32,000 nucleotides of DNA, taken from the NCBI RefSeq assembly GCF_000007185.1, contig NC_003551.1:120001-152000 (forward strand), read 5' to 3'. The translations under genes were made by a program, and so were the position numbers. Under the pieces are notes generated by a model. That model was given only the letters and a program-made list of their open reading frames with translations. It made no database searches and was not told the origin of the DNA. The number at the start of each line of letters is the position of its first letter. Position 1 is the first letter of the stretch. Source of the DNA: Methanopyrus kandleri AV19 (GTDB taxonomy: Archaea; JAADCQ01; Methanopyri; Methanopyrales; Methanopyraceae). Shown here piece by piece: positions 27,322 to 32,000 of the stretch.

Positions 27322-27367
27322 TGAACCCCTCGGGAGCGGACTTAGTGAAGAGACGTTCCAGCGCTGA
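27318..27367 (+). ncRNA. Candidate C/D box sRNA overlapping the stop codon of the upstream CDS
   Basis: C box GTGATGA (27318-27324), 12-nt guide acccctcgggag, D'-like CGGA (27337-27340), 4-nt spacer ctta, C'-like GTGAAGA (27345-27351), 12-nt guide gacgttccagcg, D box CTGA (27364-27367). Confidence 0.6.
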
Positions 27368-27399
27368 TGCTTCGAGGGCATCCTTCAAGGACAAGGAGG

Positions 27400-28779
27400 T
27401 CAGAGGTCGATTTTGACGTCCCGAACCCGCTCCAGAACGACCCGTTCCCCTGTTTTAACCTCCCCCTCGAAGTCGACTAGTACGGCCCCGCGCGTACCGT
27501 GAGTGTCCACGATTTTCCCCTCGACTCCTCCCTCCGTGCGGACTTTCTCGCCCACCAGACGCTCGGCGTGCTCCTTGTTTAAAGCTAGTCCATCGACGAC
27601 CGCTAAGCCCTTCCCCATATGGTCGGCCCTTGTAACGCGCCCACGTCGCCTGGAGACGCGCTTGAATGTCTCACGCTTCGAGGTATCCTCCACGAGCCCG
27701 GAGCCCGCTATGCGGAGCGTTGTCGGCGGTAAGTCCAACTTAACGAGGATCGTCCTATCCCCCTCCCTCACGGCCACGGGCTCGTTGAGCTTCGCATACA
27801 GGTAACTCGATTCGCCGGGTCGTAGGGAGTCTAGGAGGAACCCATCGTCGTGAGGCACGATCCGAGCCGGTACGGACCTCATTCCGACGTGTATGTGCAG
27901 CATGGTCTTCTGCCCGATGGATTGGGGGAACAGGGGGTCTATTTCCACCTTCAAGTCAAGGTATCTGGTGACCCGCAGGGAACCCTCCTCGGCCAGTTGG
28001 AAGCCCCGTTCGATCTCTTCCTCTCGGATCCCTCGTAGCGCTATTCCAACCCGATCACCCGCACACGCTTCCTGCTTGTCCTTCCCGAAGCTCTGGATGG
28101 ACTTCACTTCGACGGTCTTGCCGATCGGGTACAGTGTCAGTTCATCCCCGACCTCGACACGTCCGGTCAGTACGGTACCGGTTACCACGGTCCCGGCACC
28201 TTTGACGTGGAACGCGTGGTCTATCGGCATTCTGAACGGAGAATCTAGATCACGATTGGGAGGTTCCAGCACCTCGAGCAACGCGTCTTTCAGATCCTCA
28301 ATACCCTCACCGATCTTCGCGGAGACCGGGATTATGGGAGCGTCTTCTAAGGTGGTCCCCTGGAGTACTCGTTTGATCTCCTCGATCCGACGCTCGACGG
28401 TCTTTTCGTCCACCAGGTCCACCTTATTGAGGGCGATGACCCCACGGTCGATACCCAGGTGATTAAGCACCACCAGGTGTTCCCCGGTCTGTACCTGAGG
28501 GCCCTCATCGGCCGCTACGACCAAGATCGCGGCGTCGATTATTTCGGCCCCGGCCACCACGGTTCTGATGAGATCAGCGTGGCCCGGGGCGTCTACCAGT
28601 GTGACGGTGTAATCACCGAGCTCGAAGCTGGAGAACCCAAGGTCTATCGTAATCCCACGCTCCTTCTCCTCCGGGTGTTTATCCAACGCCGCCGTAGAAG
28701 GCTTCTCAGTCAGCTGCGCTGCGAGTGCCGTCTTGCCGTGGTCGATGTGTCCGAACAGTCCAACATGTACTACGGGCAC
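27400..28779 (-). CDS. selB: Selenocysteine-specific translation elongation factor (archaeal type)
   Basis: GTPase motifs GLFGHIDHGKTALA, ERGITIDLGFSSFELGDYTVTLVDAPGHADLI, ALNKVDLVD; FHVKGAGTVVTGTVLTGRV; insert and C-terminal domain typical of archaeal SelB rather than EF-1A or aIF2-gamma. Confidence 0.9.
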   Translation of the reverse strand: MPVVHVGLFGHIDHGKTALAAQLTEKPSTAALDKHPEEKERGITIDLGFSSFELGDYTVTLVDAPGHADLIRTVVAGAEIIDAAILVVAADEGPQVQTGEHLVVLNHLGIDRGVIALNKVDLVDEKTVERRIEEIKRVLQGTTLEDAPIIPVSAKIGEGIEDLKDALLEVLEPPNRDLDSPFRMPIDHAFHVKGAGTVVTGTVLTGRVEVGDELTLYPIGKTVEVKSIQSFGKDKQEACAGDRVGIALRGIREEEIERGFQLAEEGSLRVTRYLDLKVEIDPLFPQSIGQKTMLHIHVGMRSVPARIVPHDDGFLLDSLRPGESSYLYAKLNEPVAVREGDRTILVKLDLPPTTLRIAGSGLVEDTSKRETFKRVSRRRGRVTRADHMGKGLAVVDGLALNKEHAERLVGEKVRTEGGVEGKIVDTHGTRGAVLVDFEGEVKTGERVVLERVRDVKIDL

Positions 28780-28788
28780 GGCGCTGCA

Positions 28789-29439
28789 TCACCACCCTTC
28801 GTCGAAGAAGTATCGCACCTTCGCCCGATTGAAGAGCGATGAGGCTCCCGCCACTGCGGCCGCTGTGAAAATGTCTTCCCCTCCCAATCCACCCTTTGCC
28901 AGCAGTACGTAGGCGACTACTATCGGGATGGGTAGGACGGCATCGATGGCACAGACACGGCGGAAGGTGTTCCTAACGGACACCACGGTATCGATGGGCA
29001 TCCCCATGAGGACCCAGTGGTAATGCCGCTTCCTGAGGGCGATGACGCAAGGCAGGGTCACCAAGGCGATGAGCGTACCGTAGACCAGCGCCTTGAACTC
29101 GGTGATACCCATAAAATAGAACACCTTACGACGGAGGGCGGTGAACGCCATTAAAAGGCCGGGTATAGACGCGATCCCCGTGAACTGCAACCCCAGGATT
29201 GCGAACGAAAGTTTGAGGGCCCTCCTAACGCGTACGATCTCCGCACCCGTAGGCGGAGAACCGTTGCGAGCTTTCGTATCGAATATATGGATCCACAGCA
29301 GCACGTTGATGAACAGTAGGACCACGCCGGAGGCGAGCAGGTATCTCGGACCTTCGCACGCCACGATCAAATACGCTGTCCCGTAGGAAAACGCCAGGAC
29401 GAGGAGGTACGTCCACAGTTCTGCTGTCGCCGGGTTCAA
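28789..29439 (-). CDS. Polytopic membrane protein of unknown function
   Basis: Several hydrophobic spans (LWTYLLVLAFSYGTAYLIVAC, YLLASGVVLLFINVLLWIHIF, LSFAILGLQFTGIASIPGLLMAF, ALVYGTLIALVTLPCVIAL, IDAVLPIPIVVAYVLLA), sandwiched between selB and marker 8 with short gaps. Confidence 0.6.
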   Translation of the reverse strand: MNPATAELWTYLLVLAFSYGTAYLIVACEGPRYLLASGVVLLFINVLLWIHIFDTKARNGSPPTGAEIVRVRRALKLSFAILGLQFTGIASIPGLLMAFTALRRKVFYFMGITEFKALVYGTLIALVTLPCVIALRKRHYHWVLMGMPIDTVVSVRNTFRRVCAIDAVLPIPIVVAYVLLAKGGLGGEDIFTAAAVAGASSLFNRAKVRYFFDEGW

Positions 29440-29445
29440 CGTCGC

Positions 29446-30267
29446 TCACCCAAGGTGACGTACTTCGAGCTTGAGGTTCCCGAGGAGTTCTCGGACGTTG
29501 AGCCACAGAGCCTCGGCCCCGGCGGGAGTGATCCCGTAGACTGGAACCCGGCTACCGACTTTTAATATGTACCTACGTCCGGCCGCACGTCGCACGGCCT
29601 TGGAGGCGCAGCCGGTGATTATATCGCAATACTGAACCAGTCGCTCGGCGTCCTCCTCGTCGGTTCCCGTAGTGTGTACCGCGGCTATCAGCACATCGTC
29701 GCCGAACTCCTCCCGAATGGCCTCAGCGTCTCCGGCGTCCGCGACGGTTACGGCGACGAACCTTCGCCCCTCCTCCAGCGCTATCTCGACGCCCTCACGT
29801 TGATCGATCCTCCCTAGTACAGAGCAGCCGGAGTCTTCCAACCTATCTACGACCTCGGGGATGGGGTCCGTATCCCGAATCCCTGAGATTTCGCCGCAAA
29901 GACCCTGAACGATCGCCGGCTTGTCGGTGACGACCGTACCCGCACAGTCCGAGACTATTACGGCGGCGTCGATGAGCCTGTGTTGTAGACACGTCATCAG
30001 TGTCTCAGAGACACCGAACGGAGTGTAGCGACGGCAGGACCGAATCCTACGCTTCGGGGTGAACATCCCCACCTCGTTGACTTTGTTCAAAACGTGGCGT
30101 TCGGCCGCCTCCCTGGTTAACTTGCTGAAGCCTTCCCGGCGACGCATCAAGGGACACCGCTCGATCATGGGGTCACCTTCGGCGCGAACCTCCACGTCAC
30201 CGTCCTTCCAGATCACCCGTACCGGTGTCTTCCCCAGACACTCCATCATGTGCTCATACTTCGCCAC
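29446..30267 (-). CDS. Methanogenesis marker protein 8 (DUF2099 family); probable GTG start at 30267, ORF track starts 30309
   Basis: CPLMRRREGFSKLTREAAERHVLNKVNEVGMFTPKRRIRS..PFGVSETLMTCLQHRLIDAAVIVSDCAGTVVTDKPAIVQGLCGEISGIRDTDPIPEVVDRLE and GITPAGAEALWLNVRELLG. Confidence 0.78.
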   Translation of the reverse strand: MAKYEHMMECLGKTPVRVIWKDGDVEVRAEGDPMIERCPLMRRREGFSKLTREAAERHVLNKVNEVGMFTPKRRIRSCRRYTPFGVSETLMTCLQHRLIDAAVIVSDCAGTVVTDKPAIVQGLCGEISGIRDTDPIPEVVDRLEDSGCSVLGRIDQREGVEIALEEGRRFVAVTVADAGDAEAIREEFGDDVLIAAVHTTGTDEEDAERLVQYCDIITGCASKAVRRAAGRRYILKVGSRVPVYGITPAGAEALWLNVRELLGNLKLEVRHLG

Positions 30268-30296
30268 CTCGACACCCTCCGGGGGACGATGTACCG

Positions 30297-30746
30297 TTGC
30301 GTCTGACACCGATAGGGTGGGTCGTCGAGCGTACGGACGAAGAGGGACTTGTGAAGGTGAGGGAGAGATACAGGAAGTGCCTCGAGGGGTTGGAGGGATT
30401 CTCCCACGTCTGGATATTATGGTGGGGACATGAAGCGGATCGGACAGTTACGAGGGTAAGGCCCGTTCACGGGGAAGTCCCCGAGCTCGTCGGTGTTTTC
30501 GCCTGCAGGAGTCCCGACCGGCCGAATCCCGTGCTCCTGACGCTTTGTCGGATACTGGAAGTTCGTCCGAACTCCGGCGAGCTTCGGGTCTCCGGCCTAG
30601 ACGCCCGAGCCGGATCGCCGGTGGTCGATATGAAGCCGTACCTACCCGGTTACGACGAACCCGATGGGGAGGTGTCGGTACCGGAGTGGGTCGAGATGGT
30701 CAAACGGGGTCACCGGCCTCCTCGAACTCGAGGTCACCGTCGATGA
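30297..30746 (+). CDS. TsaA/TrmO-like domain protein (possible tRNA N6-methyltransferase family); start uncertain, ORF open from 30225
   Basis: [26 protein letters not shown]-type segment ([16 protein letters not shown]), [48 protein letters not shown]. Confidence 0.8.
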
Positions 30747-32000
30747 GCCCACGTAGTACGTCCGCTAGCTCGTCGACCTCCACGCGGACCTGCTCGGTCG
30801 TGTCCCTGTCCCTGATCGTCACCGTGTCGTCCTCGAGAGTTTCGTGGTCTACGGTGACGCAGTACGGAACACCGATCTCGTCGGCGCGAGCGTATCGTCT
30901 GCCTATCGAACCGGAGTCGTCGTACTCGACCGTAAATCCTTCCTCACGTAGCATGCGGGCCACGCGTCGGGCGTACTCGACCATGTCGCTGCGCTTCAGC
31001 AGTGGGAACACTCCCACCTCGATCGGCGCCAGCCAGGCCGGGAACCTGAACACGCCCTCCTCCGGGTCGAAGTTGTGCTCGAGGACGCAATACAGGATAC
31101 GATCGATACCGTAGGAAGGTTCGATCACGTGCGGGTAGAACCGCTCGCCCGTGACCTTCTCCTTGACGATTTCGTAGCACTCCGGTGGCACCTCTACCTC
31201 CTTGCCGTCGACTTCGACGGTGAGACCTCCCTTCAGCTCGTCCTCGCTCTCCGCGGTGATCCGACGTAGCGCCTCCGCGATCTTCGGGGCGTCCGACTTG
31301 AACCTCGGTCCGAGCTCCTTCATCACGGGTTCCGGGCGGTAGACTATCTTGGGCTCCTCCAGCTCGCGGAAGGCCCGTAGGTCCTCTCCGCTGTGTTCCG
31401 AGTGCTTCTTAAGGTCGTAATCCGTCCTGTCCGCGATCCCGACGACTTCAACCCACCCGAACCGCTCCAGCTTCACCTCCACGTCCCAACAGTCGCTGGC
31501 GTAGTGTGCCCGCTCTTCGGGAAGGTGCTGACGCGATCGGATGGCTTCGTTCGGGACCCCCATCTCGTTGAGCATACGCTTGGTGAGACCGAGGAAGTAG
31601 CCGATGGGTTGACTGACCATGCCCTCCTCGACTGCCTCACGAACGGACATCTCCAGCATCTCGCCGTTCTCCTTCCGCTGTTCCTCTATGGGGTAGAACT
31701 TGAGGACTTCGTCCGCGTAGCGCTCGAACCCTGGGTACTCCTTCTCCTCGGGGTCGAAGAAGACTTCAGCCTCGGCCTGAGTGAACTCGCGGAGACGGAT
31801 CACACCCTGTCGCGGGCTGATCTCGTTTCGGTACGCGCGACCTATCTGCACGACGCCGAAGGGAAGCTTCTGGCGCGCCCATCGGTAAAGGTCCTTGAAC
31901 TGGATGAAGATAGCCTGGGCGGTCTCCGGACGCAAATACCCCGTTCGACCCTCCTTGGGACCGATGTTCGTGTCGAACATTAGGTTGAACTCAGTAACCT
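30700..32000 (-). CDS. glyS: Glycyl-tRNA synthetase (archaeal/eukaryal dimeric type), N-terminus beyond right window edge
   Basis: [126 protein letters not shown]. Frame is open to position 32000. Confidence 0.95.

Noticed and set aside
27321-27400. Possible SECIS element or selenoprotein gene next to selB
   Set aside because: No in-frame TGA with flanking homology and no recognisable archaeal SECIS stem; the structure there is better explained by the C/D box pattern.
27400-28779. Possible alternative assignment of the GTPase as aIF2-gamma or EF-1A
   Set aside because: N-terminal HIDHGKTALAAQLT with the HPEEKERGITIDLGFSSF segment and the C-terminal domain fit archaeal SelB better; no aIF2-gamma zinc-binding region seen.
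30545-31983. Plus-strand ORFs of 189 aa and 196 aa antisense to glyS
   Set aside because: The glyS frame is strongly conserved; these look like reverse-complement artefacts.
1-32000. tRNA, rRNA, CRISPR arrays, transposases, integrases, restriction or toxin-antitoxin genes
   Set aside because: Looked for in the intergenic spaces and ORF translations and none was recognised; the window is almost fully occupied by ordinary coding genes.

Overview
High-GC, gene-dense archaeal (methanogen) chromosome segment. Protein sequences and content (comB, tfrB-like, methanogenesis marker 8, archaeal selB, gatE, tmcA) suggest a hyperthermophilic methanogen, most probably Methanopyrus kandleri (inference, no database search run). 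Most of the window is housekeeping: DHH-family C-terminus, glmS, M20 peptidase, gatE, ogt-like, DUF366, tfrB-like, cbf5/truB, SPOUT methylase, comB, TraB-like, DUF166, two TauE/SafE exporters around a UspA protein, a split PP-loop ATPase, DUF429, tmcA, selB, methanogenesis marker 8, a TsaA/TrmO-like protein, and partial glyS. The unusual part is 8665-17391 (minus strand). It reads as a cell-surface module: a predicted DNA-binding winged-helix protein, a secreted protein with alpha/alpha-toroid-like and Ig-like regions and a sortase-like C-terminal tail, and a 2042-aa secreted, membrane-anchored CobN/Mg-chelatase-H-like protein. The CobN-like domain is interrupted by an apparent tandem OB-fold insertion. 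I also find two candidate C/D box sRNAs with archaeal 12/12-nt guide spacing flanking an uncharacterised gene (about 26564-26614 and 27318-27367), and a PP-loop ATPase gene interrupted by a single-base frameshift near 23284-23290. No tRNA, rRNA, CRISPR array or transposon was recognised.
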